A DNA stretch of 64,000 bases from an uncultured Gemmatimonadales bacterium (GTDB taxonomy: Bacteria; Gemmatimonadota; Gemmatimonadetes; Gemmatimonadales; GWC2-71-9), in the NCBI GenBank assembly GCA_963730185.1, contig CAVSQW010000004.1, positions 1-64,000 of the forward strand. The letters run 5' to 3'. The translations under genes were made by a program, and so were the position numbers. The notes under the pieces were generated by a model. It worked only from the letters and a program-made list of their open reading frames with translations, had not been told where the DNA came from and searched no databases. Below, piece after piece: positions 52,758-61,617 of this stretch; position 1 is the first letter of the stretch, and each line of letters opens with the position of its first letter.

Positions 52758-53495
52758 ATGAAGTCGCACCATCAGCTCACCTTCGTGCCGAACCGGCAGC
52801 GCGCCGGGGAGCTTCGCGCGTTCCGAGACCTGTTGGAGACCTACTTCGACCGCTCCCAGCGCGATCCGGACGACGTGCCCTTCGACTGGCCGGGGGCACA
52901 GGCGGCCCGGGCCCGGATCAACCAGATGCTGCCCCGGGTGCTGGAGGTGGTTCGGGCGGCGGGCATCGGTGGCCCGGTCGGGATCGGGACGGCGACCGAT
53001 CCGGGCGTAACTCTTGGCCGGGTCGACGTGCTCAACCGGATCTTCAGTGCCACGTACGCCGAGGGGGCCGATCAGGAGATCTTCGACCTGCTCGACATGG
53101 CAATCGGGGTCTACGATTCGGGCCGGTTCGGCGCCCTGCTGCGGACCGCCAACCCGTTCCACTACGTTGGGATGGCCCTGAGTGTGGTGGCTCGCGGCCC
53201 CCGCTGGCTGCTCTCGAGCCTGGGCTTCCGCCGCGGCCCCGCGGCCCCCCGGCTCCGGGCGGACGACCTGGCCCGCTTGGAGCTCGTGGCGGCCCGGCTG
53301 AGCGACGTCGAGGACCTGATCGAGACCCGCTTGGCTGCCTATCAGGACCGCCAGGCGCTCCGCCAGGTGGAGAGCAACCGGCAGCTGGCCGAGCTGGCGG
53401 AGCGGCTGGACTTCGCCGAACGGGTCCTGGCCCGGCGGGAGCCGGTGGAGCGTCTCGAGGCGCCGGAGCGGCCGGACGTGGCCACGCCCGTCTAG
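52758..53495 (+). CDS. Hypothetical protein with coiled-coil C-terminus
   Basis: GGAG SD; upstream TATAAC; C-terminal LAELAERLDFAERVLA. Confidence 0.75.
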   Translation: MKSHHQLTFVPNRQRAGELRAFRDLLETYFDRSQRDPDDVPFDWPGAQAARARINQMLPRVLEVVRAAGIGGPVGIGTATDPGVTLGRVDVLNRIFSATYAEGADQEIFDLLDMAIGVYDSGRFGALLRTANPFHYVGMALSVVARGPRWLLSSLGFRRGPAAPRLRADDLARLELVAARLSDVEDLIETRLAAYQDRQALRQVESNRQLAELAERLDFAERVLARREPVERLEAPERPDVATPV

Positions 53496-53599
53496 GTGCT
53501 TCGTCTCGGCGGGCCGGTCATTCGGTGCAACTCCATGAACCGGCGGGCCACCTCGACCGGCGGGTCCCGGCCGATGACCTCCCGGGCACGCCGCGAACG

Positions 53600-54543
53600 T
53601 CAGCCCGCGAGGCGCCGCACGATGTCGGCGGCCGGCAGGACGCCGTCGATCGCACCGACGCTCCGGCCGGCGTAGAGCGCCATCGCCTCGACCTGTCCGG
53701 TCGTGCCGGGCAGGGGTAGGTCGTCGCCGTAGCGTCGCAGGGTCCGGCCGTCGGGCGCCGTGGCGATCGCCTCGCCTTCGCCGGGGCGGTGGGGCGCGGG
53801 CGGGCGCCCCGCCTCCTCCCAGCGTCGCACGGTGCTGTTCCGGATGACCCGGTGGGCGGCGTCGGGCCAGCCGCCGTCGAAGAGCGTCAGGTGGACGGTG
53901 TCGTCGGCGCGGGCATCCAGCAGCGCCTGCCTGTAGACGTCGTGCACCCGGGCTTCCACCGAGGCCAGGAACCGGGTGCCGACCCAGACGCCGGCCGCGC
54001 CGGCGCTCCGGGCTCGGGCCACGTCCTCCCGGGTGGCGATGCCCCCGGCCGCCAGGACCGGTCGATCGGGAACGGCGGCTACCACCGCCGGCAGCAGGGT
54101 GTCGAGCGGCTCGCGCCCGCGGACGTGCCCACCGGCCTCAATGCCCTGCGCCACGATCAGGTCGACCCCGAGCACGGCGTGGCGGCCGGCCTCGTCGGCG
54201 GACCCGACGGTCGAGATCGACCGATGCCCCGGCGGCGCGGATGGCCGGCAGACACGGGGCTGGATCTCCCCAGAAGAGCGAGATGACCGGCGTGCCCTCG
54301 TCGAGCGCCACCGTCGAGCCGCTCGTGCTGGGCCCAGGCGAGGACCAGGTTCACCCCGAAGGGCCGCTCGGTGAGGCGCCGAATCGATCGGATCGCGGTC
54401 CGAAGCTCGTCGGGCGTGAGCCACGATCCGGCCAGGACCCCAAGCCCGCCGGCGTTCGAGACCGCGGCGACGAGCTCAGGGCTGCAGGCGCTCCCGACGG
54501 GTGCCTGCACCACGCGGGTCGGGGGAAGCGCCGCCGAGCTCAT
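53600..54543 (-). CDS. Nitronate monooxygenase/FabK-like flavoprotein, frameshifted (~54240-54310)
   Basis: VVQAP..ELVAAVSNAGGLG, RPFGVN, QGIEAGGH, VLAAGGI, GTRFLAS.EA, LYAG. Confidence 0.9.
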
Positions 54544-55226
54544 CGCATCGACCGGGCTGGGGCGGCCGGCGCCGCCGACCTCGCCCCAGGGTCGGCCAGC
54601 AGACCGCGAAAGACCAAGTCGAACCAGGCGTCGACCTGGCGGTCGAGCGGAACCCGGTCGCGCTTGAGCAGCTTGCCCACCGTATGGTATTCGTGGATCA
54701 CGCCCATCAGACTGGGGACGATCAGCTGACTCACCGTGTCGGGGTCGACGGGGCGGAATTCGCCCGAGCTGATCCCGGCTTCGATCACCCCGCGGAGCAG
54801 CCGGCCGAACCGCCCGCCAACCTCGTCGACCATGATCCGGGCGGCCCCCGGCAGCGCGGCGGCTTCGCTCCGGATGACCGCCCCGAGGCAGGCGCTCGGG
54901 CGATCGGCCGAGAGCCGGGCGAGCGACCGAAGCACGGCCTCCAGGGTGGCGCCGGCCGATTCGCCGCCCTCCACCATCAGGGCCTCGATCTCGGCGAGCG
55001 CCTCGACCTTGCTCCGGACCAGCTCCTCGAACAGGGCCTCCTTGGATCCGAAGTAGCGGTGCACGGTGCCGGCCGATACCCCGGCGCGCTTGGCCACGTC
55101 GGTGAGCGCGGCCCGGACGAACCCCATCTCCCCGAACACCAGCGTGGCCGCGTCGAGAATCTCGCCCCGGCGCGCTTCCGGCCGGCGGCTCCATCGCGGC
55201 GCGTTCCTGGGGTGCTCGTCGGCCAT
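54540..55226 (-). CDS. TetR/AcrR family regulator
   Basis: RRPEARRGEILDAA..DVAKRAGVSAGTVHRYFGSKEALF. Confidence 0.92.
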   Translation of the reverse strand: MADEHPRNAPRWSRRPEARRGEILDAATLVFGEMGFVRAALTDVAKRAGVSAGTVHRYFGSKEALFEELVRSKVEALAEIEALMVEGGESAGATLEAVLRSLARLSADRPSACLGAVIRSEAAALPGAARIMVDEVGGRFGRLLRGVIEAGISSGEFRPVDPDTVSQLIVPSLMGVIHEYHTVGKLLKRDRVPLDRQVDAWFDLVFRGLLADPGARSAAPAAPARSMR

Positions 55227-55238
55227 GTCGGAGCCTCC

Positions 55239-56711
55239 TTACGGGGTGGTGGCGTCGCTCGTCCCGGTCCACCGCCCCCCGATGGCCTTGTAGAGCTGGA
55301 CCGTCGCGGCGAGGTACTGCCGGCGGGCGGAGGTGAGCGCGAGCTCCGCGACGAAGAGGCTCCGTTGAGCGTCCAGCACCTCGAGGTAACTCGCGATCCC
55401 TCCCTCGTAGCGGCGTTGGGCCAGCCCGAGGGCGTCGCGGAGCGCGATGGCCTGGGTGGAAAGGGCGGCCACCTGATCGCGGTTGGTGCGGACACCAACC
55501 AGCGCGTCGGCGGTCTCGCCCATCGCGGTGAGCACGGTCTTCTCGTAGCGGGCTCGGGCCTGTTCCGCCCGGGCCCGGGCCGCATCGACGTTGGCCTTGC
55601 CGCGCCCGCCGTCGAAGAGCGGGACCGAGATGCCCAACTGGACGCCGTAGATCTCCGAGTTCTTGGTGAAGAGGTCCTTGGAGTTCGGGGTCTGGCTGCC
55701 GTACTGGCCGGTCAGCACGATCCGAGGGAGCCGGGTGCCCACCGCGAGGCCGATCCGATTGGTGGCGGCAGCCAGCTCCCGGTCGGCCCGCCGGACGTCG
55801 GGTCGCCGGAGCAGCACGTCGGCGGTCACCGAGTCGGGTACGACGACGGCCGCGACGGCGGCGTCGAGGCTGGAGCCGGTCGGAATCGGTCCCGGCGCCC
55901 GCCCGACCAGGATCGAGAGCTGGTGCTCCTTCCGGGACAGATCGCGGGTGAACTCCGCCACCCGAGCGGCCGGCGCGGCCAGGTCGGCCTCGAACTGGCG
56001 GACATCGAGCTCGGAGATGAGGCCCTGGGCGTAGCGTCGCCGGGCCAGCTCGAGCGTGGTTCGACGGGTGGTCAGCGTCCGCCGGGAAACGGCCAGGTTC
56101 TCGCGGAGCTCCAGCAGCTCGAGGTAGGCGGTCGAGACGTCCGCCACCAGGGTCAGGGCCACGGCGCGCTGGTCCTCCACCCGGGCGTCCCGGTCCGCCC
56201 GGGCGGCGCCCAGCCCGCGCCGGAGCCGGCCCCAGAAGTCGAGCTCCCACTGGAGGTCGCTCGTAACCCGGATGGCGTCGTACTTGAGGGCCCCGAACGA
56301 GCCGAACACGGCCTGCTGGGTCGAGGCCGAGCCGTTCAGGTCGATCTCGGGGAGGAGCGGGCTCCGGGAGGTGGTGACCAGGGCCCGGTACTCCCGGACC
56401 CGCGCGATGGCCTCCTGGAGGTCGCGGTTGTCGTGGAGCGCGGTCTGGACCAGGTCGACGAGGACGGTGTCGTGGATCACGTCGAGCCAGGTGGCGGCAT
56501 CGACCGCCTGGGCATCGAAGACCGGGAGCGCGCCGGCGGGCTCCGCGGCGGCCGCCCGGGTGGCCAGCGAGTCGAAGAGCGATGCCTCGGGCGCCCTCGG
56601 TGGGGCCACCGCGATGACCGTCGGCGCCACGGTCGGCGGCGAGTAGCCCGGCCCCACCGCGCAGCCGGCGGCGAGGCCGAGGGCCACCAGCGGGGAGAGT
56701 CGTCGGGTCAT
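55239..56711 (-). CDS. RND outer-membrane factor lipoprotein (OprM/NodT-like)
   Basis: AAGCAVGP lipobox, WELDFWG, RRPDVR.A, YLEVLDAQR, LYKAIGG. Confidence 0.95.
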   Translation of the reverse strand: MTRRLSPLVALGLAAGCAVGPGYSPPTVAPTVIAVAPPRAPEASLFDSLATRAAAAEPAGALPVFDAQAVDAATWLDVIHDTVLVDLVQTALHDNRDLQEAIARVREYRALVTTSRSPLLPEIDLNGSASTQQAVFGSFGALKYDAIRVTSDLQWELDFWGRLRRGLGAARADRDARVEDQRAVALTLVADVSTAYLELLELRENLAVSRRTLTTRRTTLELARRRYAQGLISELDVRQFEADLAAPAARVAEFTRDLSRKEHQLSILVGRAPGPIPTGSSLDAAVAAVVVPDSVTADVLLRRPDVRRADRELAAATNRIGLAVGTRLPRIVLTGQYGSQTPNSKDLFTKNSEIYGVQLGISVPLFDGGRGKANVDAARARAEQARARYEKTVLTAMGETADALVGVRTNRDQVAALSTQAIALRDALGLAQRRYEGGIASYLEVLDAQRSLFVAELALTSARRQYLAATVQLYKAIGGRWTGTSDATTP

Positions 56712-59700
56712 GAGGTCACCTCCGCCTGGCGGCGCCCTTCCGACACCCGGCGGATGGTCGCGAAGAAGAGGGGGATGAAGAAGATCCCGACCAACGTCGC
56801 GAACAGCATCCCGAAGAACACCGCCGTGCCGAGCGAGTGGCGGGAAAGGGCCCCGGCCCCGCCGGCCACCACGAGCGGCAGCACCCCCAGGATGAAGGCG
56901 AACGAGGTCATCAGGATCGGCCGGAACCGCTCCCGGGCGGCCTCCATCGCCGCCTCGCGGATCGAGGCGCCCCGGGAGCGGAGCACGTTGGCGAACTCCA
57001 CGATCAGGATCGCGTTCTTGGCCGCGAGGCCGATCACCGTGATCATCCCGACCTGGAAGTACACGTCGTTCGGCATGCCCCGGGTCCAGATCGCGAGGAA
57101 GGCGCCCAGGGCCCCGAACGGCACCCCGAGCAACACGGCGAAGGGTATGCTCCAGCTCTCGTACTGGGCCGCGAGCACCAGGAACACCAGGACGATGCCC
57201 AAGCCGAAGATCAGACCGCCCTGCCCGCTGGAGGTCTTCTCGGCGAAGGACTGACCGCTGTAGCCGTAGCCGACTCCCCGAGCGGCGAAGTCGTCCTTGA
57301 CCAGCCGCTCCACCGCGCTCAGCATCTCGCCCGAGCTGTGGCCCGGCGCCACCGAGGCGGTGATCAGGGCGGCCGGGAAGCCGTTGAAGCGGCGGACCAG
57401 GCTCGGGCCGGTCCGGAACTCGGCCCGGGCCAGGGCGGAGATCGGGATCATTTCGCCCGACGTGCTCCGGACGAAGATCCGGTTCAGGTCGTCGGGCGCA
57501 TGCCGGAACTCCGGCTGGGCCTCCGCCTGCACCCGGTAGGTGCGGCCGTAGAGGTTGAAATCGTTGATGTAGAGCGACGAGAGCATCGTCTGCAGGGTCT
57601 CGTAGAACGAGCCCAGCTCGACATGGCGGGTCTTGATCGCGTCACGATCGATGTCGAGGTAGAGGAGCGGGGCATCGACCCGGAAGGTGGTCGCGGCGCC
57701 GCGAATCGCGGGCTCCCGGTTGAGCGCCTGAATGAAGTCGTTGACCGTGCCCTCGAAGGTCCGGAGATCCTGGCCCAACCGGGCCTGGAGGTTCACCTCC
57801 AGCCCGGAGGTGAAGCCCAAACCGGTGATCTCGGGGCTGTTGAAGGCGAAGGTGATCGCGTCAGGCAGGCCGAAGAACCGGCCGTTGATCCGCTGGAGGA
57901 TCGCGTCCACGCTCTCGTCCTTGCCGCGCTCGTCCCAGGGCTTGAGCGCCACGAACATGGTGACGCTGTTGGGCTGGTTGGAGAACGACAGCAGGTCGAG
58001 CCCGACCAGGGCGGTGACCCGTTGGACCGCCGACTCGTGGAGCAGGATCTGCTCGACCTGGCTGGTGAACTCGCGGGTCCGCTGGAGCGACGCCCCGGCC
58101 GGGAGCTGGGCCGCCACGATGAAAGTGCCCTTGTCCTCGGTCGGGAGGAACGCCGACGGCACCCGGCGCTCGAGGACGACGATCAGGGCCAGAATCACCC
58201 CGAACACGGCCAGCCAGGGCCGGGGCCGACCCAGCACCAGGCCCACCCGGTGCACGTAGCCCCGGGTCATCCGGGCGAACGTGGTGTTGAACCAGGTGAA
58301 GAACCGGCCGTGCCGGGCCTTCTCGGGCGGCTCGGTGAGGAGGAGGGCGCAGAGCGCGGGCGTCAGGGTCAGGGCCACGATGCCCGACAGCACCACCGCG
58401 ATCACGATGGTGATGGCGAACTGCTTGAACATCGTCCCGGTGATGCCGCCCAGGAAGCCGACCGGGATGAAGACCGCGCAGAGCACCAGCACGATCGCCA
58501 CCAGGGCGCCCGCCACCTGTCCCATGGCCTTGTCGGCCGCCTGCCGGGCGGGGATGCCCTCCTCGGCCATGATCCGCTCGACGTTTTCGATCACCACGAT
58601 CGCGTCGTCGACCACGATCCCGATGGCCAGCACCAGGCCGAAGAGGGTCAGGACGTTGATGGAGAAGCCGAAGGCCAGCAGACCCAGGAAGGTCCCGATC
58701 ACGGACACCGGTACCGCCAGGATCGGGATCAGGGTGGCGCGCCAGCTCTGGAGGAAGAGGAACACCACCAGGGTCACCAGCAGCATCGCCTCGCCCAGGG
58801 TTTTCACGACCTCCTCGATCGAGGCAGTGATGAACGGGCTGGTGTCGAAGGAGACGGCCCACTTCACCCCGGCCGGGAAGGCGCGCTCGAGCTCGTTCAT
58901 CCGATCGACCAGCGCCTGCTTGACCGACAGGGCGTTCGCCCCCGGCTGGAGGAAGAGGATGAAGAGGGCGGTGGGCTTGCCGTTGAGCCGCCCCTCGAGG
59001 TCGCTGCTCCGCGGGCCCAGCTCCACCTTGGCCACGTCCCGGACCCGGACCAGCGAGCCGTCGGACCGGGCCCGGACGATCACCTCCCCGAACTCCTCCG
59101 GCGTCCGGAGCCGGCCCCGGGCGGTCACCGGGATGGTGAGCTCCGTTCCGGGCGGCGCCGGCTCCCGGCCCAGGCGGCCGGCCGGGGCGGTGGCGTTCTG
59201 TTCCCGCACCGCGGTGGCGACGTCGCTCACCGTCACCCCGAGCTGCGCCATCCGATCGGGATCGAGGCGGATCTGCATGGCGAACTCGGTCCCGCCGAAG
59301 ATCTGCGCGTCGCCGACCCCGGGGAGCCGCTTGATCTCGTTCTCGATGTAGAGCTTGGCGTAATTCGTCAGGAACGAGGCGCCGTAGCGGGGATCGTCCG
59401 AGGTCAGCGTCCCGACCAGCAGGATGTCGCTGTTGGCCTTGGTGACGATGATGCCGTTCCGCCGGACCTCCTCGGGGAGCTGCGGCTCGGCCAGCTTGAT
59501 GGCGTTCTGCACCTCGACCGCCGCGAGGTCCTGATTGCGGGACACGTCGAAGAACGCCTGGAGGGTCAGGGTCCCGTCGCTGCCGTTGGACGAGTTGAAG
59601 TAGAGCAGGCCGGACAGGCCGGACAGCTGCTGCTCGATCGGCGCCGCCACCGCCTGGGCGACGTCTTCCGCGGTGGCGCCGGGATACACCGCGTTGACCC

Positions 59701-59878
59701 GGATCGAGGGCGGGGTGATCGAGGGATACCGGTTGACCGGCAGGTACCGGATCGAGAACACGCCGAGCAGGGTGATGACGATCGAGATCACCGCCGCGAC
59801 GACCGGGCGGCGGATGAAGAAGTAGCGAGGCTCCCCCGGCGGAACCGGGCCCGAGGAGAAGGGCGACTCGCCGCTCAC
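56708..59878 (-). CDS. HAE1 RND efflux permease (AcrB/MexB-like)
   Basis: FFIRRPV, GIVVDDAIVVIENVER, ALTLTPALC, AKNAILIVEFA, RFRPILMTS. Confidence 0.96.
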   Translation of the reverse strand: MSGESPFSSGPVPPGEPRYFFIRRPVVAAVISIVITLLGVFSIRYLPVNRYPSITPPSIRVNAVYPGATAEDVAQAVAAPIEQQLSGLSGLLYFNSSNGSDGTLTLQAFFDVSRNQDLAAVEVQNAIKLAEPQLPEEVRRNGIIVTKANSDILLVGTLTSDDPRYGASFLTNYAKLYIENEIKRLPGVGDAQIFGGTEFAMQIRLDPDRMAQLGVTVSDVATAVREQNATAPAGRLGREPAPPGTELTIPVTARGRLRTPEEFGEVIVRARSDGSLVRVRDVAKVELGPRSSDLEGRLNGKPTALFILFLQPGANALSVKQALVDRMNELERAFPAGVKWAVSFDTSPFITASIEEVVKTLGEAMLLVTLVVFLFLQSWRATLIPILAVPVSVIGTFLGLLAFGFSINVLTLFGLVLAIGIVVDDAIVVIENVERIMAEEGIPARQAADKAMGQVAGALVAIVLVLCAVFIPVGFLGGITGTMFKQFAITIVIAVVLSGIVALTLTPALCALLLTEPPEKARHGRFFTWFNTTFARMTRGYVHRVGLVLGRPRPWLAVFGVILALIVVLERRVPSAFLPTEDKGTFIVAAQLPAGASLQRTREFTSQVEQILLHESAVQRVTALVGLDLLSFSNQPNSVTMFVALKPWDERGKDESVDAILQRINGRFFGLPDAITFAFNSPEITGLGFTSGLEVNLQARLGQDLRTFEGTVNDFIQALNREPAIRGAATTFRVDAPLLYLDIDRDAIKTRHVELGSFYETLQTMLSSLYINDFNLYGRTYRVQAEAQPEFRHAPDDLNRIFVRSTSGEMIPISALARAEFRTGPSLVRRFNGFPAALITASVAPGHSSGEMLSAVERLVKDDFAARGVGYGYSGQSFAEKTSSGQGGLIFGLGIVLVFLVLAAQYESWSIPFAVLLGVPFGALGAFLAIWTRGMPNDVYFQVGMITVIGLAAKNAILIVEFANVLRSRGASIREAAMEAARERFRPILMTSFAFILGVLPLVVAGGAGALSRHSLGTAVFFGMLFATLVGIFFIPLFFATIRRVSEGRRQAEVTS

Positions 59879-61071
59879 GACGCCCCTCCGGCCGCCGTGC
59901 TGTCCGCGCCGGGCTCGGCCTTGGCCGGCGTCGGCTTCGCCACGCCGCCGGGACGGACCTTCTGGAGGCCGTCGACGACCACCCGGTCACCGGGAGCGAG
60001 CCCCTCCTCGATCAGCCACTCGTCGCCGACCCAGGCGGTCGCCTTGACGTCGCGCGCCACCACCGTATCGCCGGCGCCGAGCAGATAGACCGACTGTCGC
60101 CCCAGCTGCTGTTGGACGGCGCGCTGCGGCACCAGGATGGCGCTGTCCCGGACCAATCCCTCGAGCCGGACTCGAACGAACTGGCCCGGAAGCAGCAGAC
60201 GCTTCGGGTTCGGGACCCGCGCCCGGAACTCCTGGGTGCCGCTGGCCGGGTCGATCACCGGCTCCACGTAGTCGAGCTTGCCCTCGGTCGGGGTCAGCGT
60301 CCCATCCGGCAAGATGATCCGGATCCGCGCGGACCCGCCGGGCCGGAGGGCCGCCACCGCCTGGGGATCGCGACGCCAGTGAAGGGTCTGCTGATTCGAG
60401 GGCCGGAAGGTGACCCGGACCGGGTCCAGCGCGTCGATCGTGGTCAGCAGGTCCGCCGGTCCGGTAACCCGGGCCCCCCGCACCAGGTTGGCCTTGCCGA
60501 CCCGCCCCGCGATCTCGGCCCGGACGGTCGCGTCCTTCAGGTCCTTGGCGGCGCGGTCCACCGAGGCCTGCGCATCCTCGACCGACGCCCGCGCTTGGGC
60601 CTCGGCGGTCTCGGCATCGTCCACGTCGCGCTGGGCCACGGCGTGGTCGGCCAGCAGGGGGCGGAGCCGCTCCATCGTGCGGGTGGCGTTCCGGAGGCGG
60701 GCCTCCGCTTCGGTCTGACGAGCCTTGGCACCGCGAAGCGTGGCGTCGTAGCTGGTGGGGTCGATCCGGAAGAGCACGTCGCCGACCGCGACCTCGGCCC
60801 CTTCGCGAATCGGCTGGGCCACGATCACCCCCGCCACCGGGGAGCGGACCTCCACCCGGCGCATGGCCTCGACCTGGCCGGCGAACTCGGCGACCTCGTT
60901 CACCCGCCGGGGCTGGACCGCCACCACCCCCACCGTCGGCGGCGGTAGCGGGGGCGGTTGGGGAGCGTTGCAGGCCAAGGCGACCATCACCGTGCCCGCC
61001 GCCGCGATTCGGCGGAACGACGTCAGCCAACCGCGCGAATCCGCCCTTGCCCCCGATGTCGCCACAGCCAC
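59875..61071 (-). CDS. RND membrane fusion protein (AcrA-like); start uncertain
   Basis: ALAC lipobox, VEVRSPVAG, LFRIDP, LLPGQFVRV, VPQRAV, GLAPGDRVVVDG. Confidence 0.94.
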   Translation of the reverse strand: MAVATSGARADSRGWLTSFRRIAAAGTVMVALACNAPQPPPLPPPTVGVVAVQPRRVNEVAEFAGQVEAMRRVEVRSPVAGVIVAQPIREGAEVAVGDVLFRIDPTSYDATLRGAKARQTEAEARLRNATRTMERLRPLLADHAVAQRDVDDAETAEAQARASVEDAQASVDRAAKDLKDATVRAEIAGRVGKANLVRGARVTGPADLLTTIDALDPVRVTFRPSNQQTLHWRRDPQAVAALRPGGSARIRIILPDGTLTPTEGKLDYVEPVIDPASGTQEFRARVPNPKRLLLPGQFVRVRLEGLVRDSAILVPQRAVQQQLGRQSVYLLGAGDTVVARDVKATAWVGDEWLIEEGLAPGDRVVVDGLQKVRPGGVAKPTPAKAEPGADSTAAGGAS

Positions 61072-61114
61072 CTCGCCCGCTGGTATGAAGGACCTGTTAT
61101 TGAGGGGCGCAAAT

Positions 61115-61139
61115 AATTGGCTGGCCGTTCAATTGTCAA
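61115..61139 (-). promoter_or_regulatory. RND operon promoter with TetR-type palindrome
   Basis: TTGACA on the minus strand (61139-61134) overlapping AATTG-N10-CAATT (61115-61134). Confidence 0.6.
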
Positions 61140-61188
61140 GCAGGTACCAGTGCCCGGGGGCGGCGGCCGGCTCGGGGGTGCCGACCGG

Positions 61189-61599
61189 TCAGAAGCGGCC
61201 GCCGATCACGGGCAGCTCGCGCCGCCGGATCACGATCACGATCAGCGCCGACACCAGCACCGTCACCGCCATGCCGAAGAGGAGCCCGCCGTCGCCCTGG
61301 ACGTCGATTCCGAGCCGGGTCAGGTGGGCCCCGATGGCACCCACCATCAGGCCCAGGGCCAGGACCGCGCCCACGGCCGGGGTCTTGGGGTAGACCAGCA
61401 GCAGGGCCGTGATCAGCTCGAGGATTCCGGTGCCGATCCGTCCCCAGGGCTCGACGCCCAAGGTGGAGAAGATGTACTTGGCTTCGGGGGCGCCGGTGAA
61501 CTTGAAGAAGAGAGTCTGGGCCAGAATCACCGCGGCGAGGAGCTGGAAGATCCAGCTCGCCACCAGGGCGGGTTTGCTCGGCGCGACGGGTGCGGACAC
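61189..61599 (-). CDS. DoxX family membrane protein
   Basis: QTLFFKFTGAPE..YIF..LGVEPWGRIGTG..E, GAIGAHL..LGI..GDGG.LF; AAGGAGG SD. Confidence 0.88.
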   Translation of the reverse strand: MSAPVAPSKPALVASWIFQLLAAVILAQTLFFKFTGAPEAKYIFSTLGVEPWGRIGTGILELITALLLVYPKTPAVGAVLALGLMVGAIGAHLTRLGIDVQGDGGLLFGMAVTVLVSALIVIVIRRRELPVIGGRF

Positions 61600-61617
61600 G
61601 GGACCTCCTTGCTGGGG

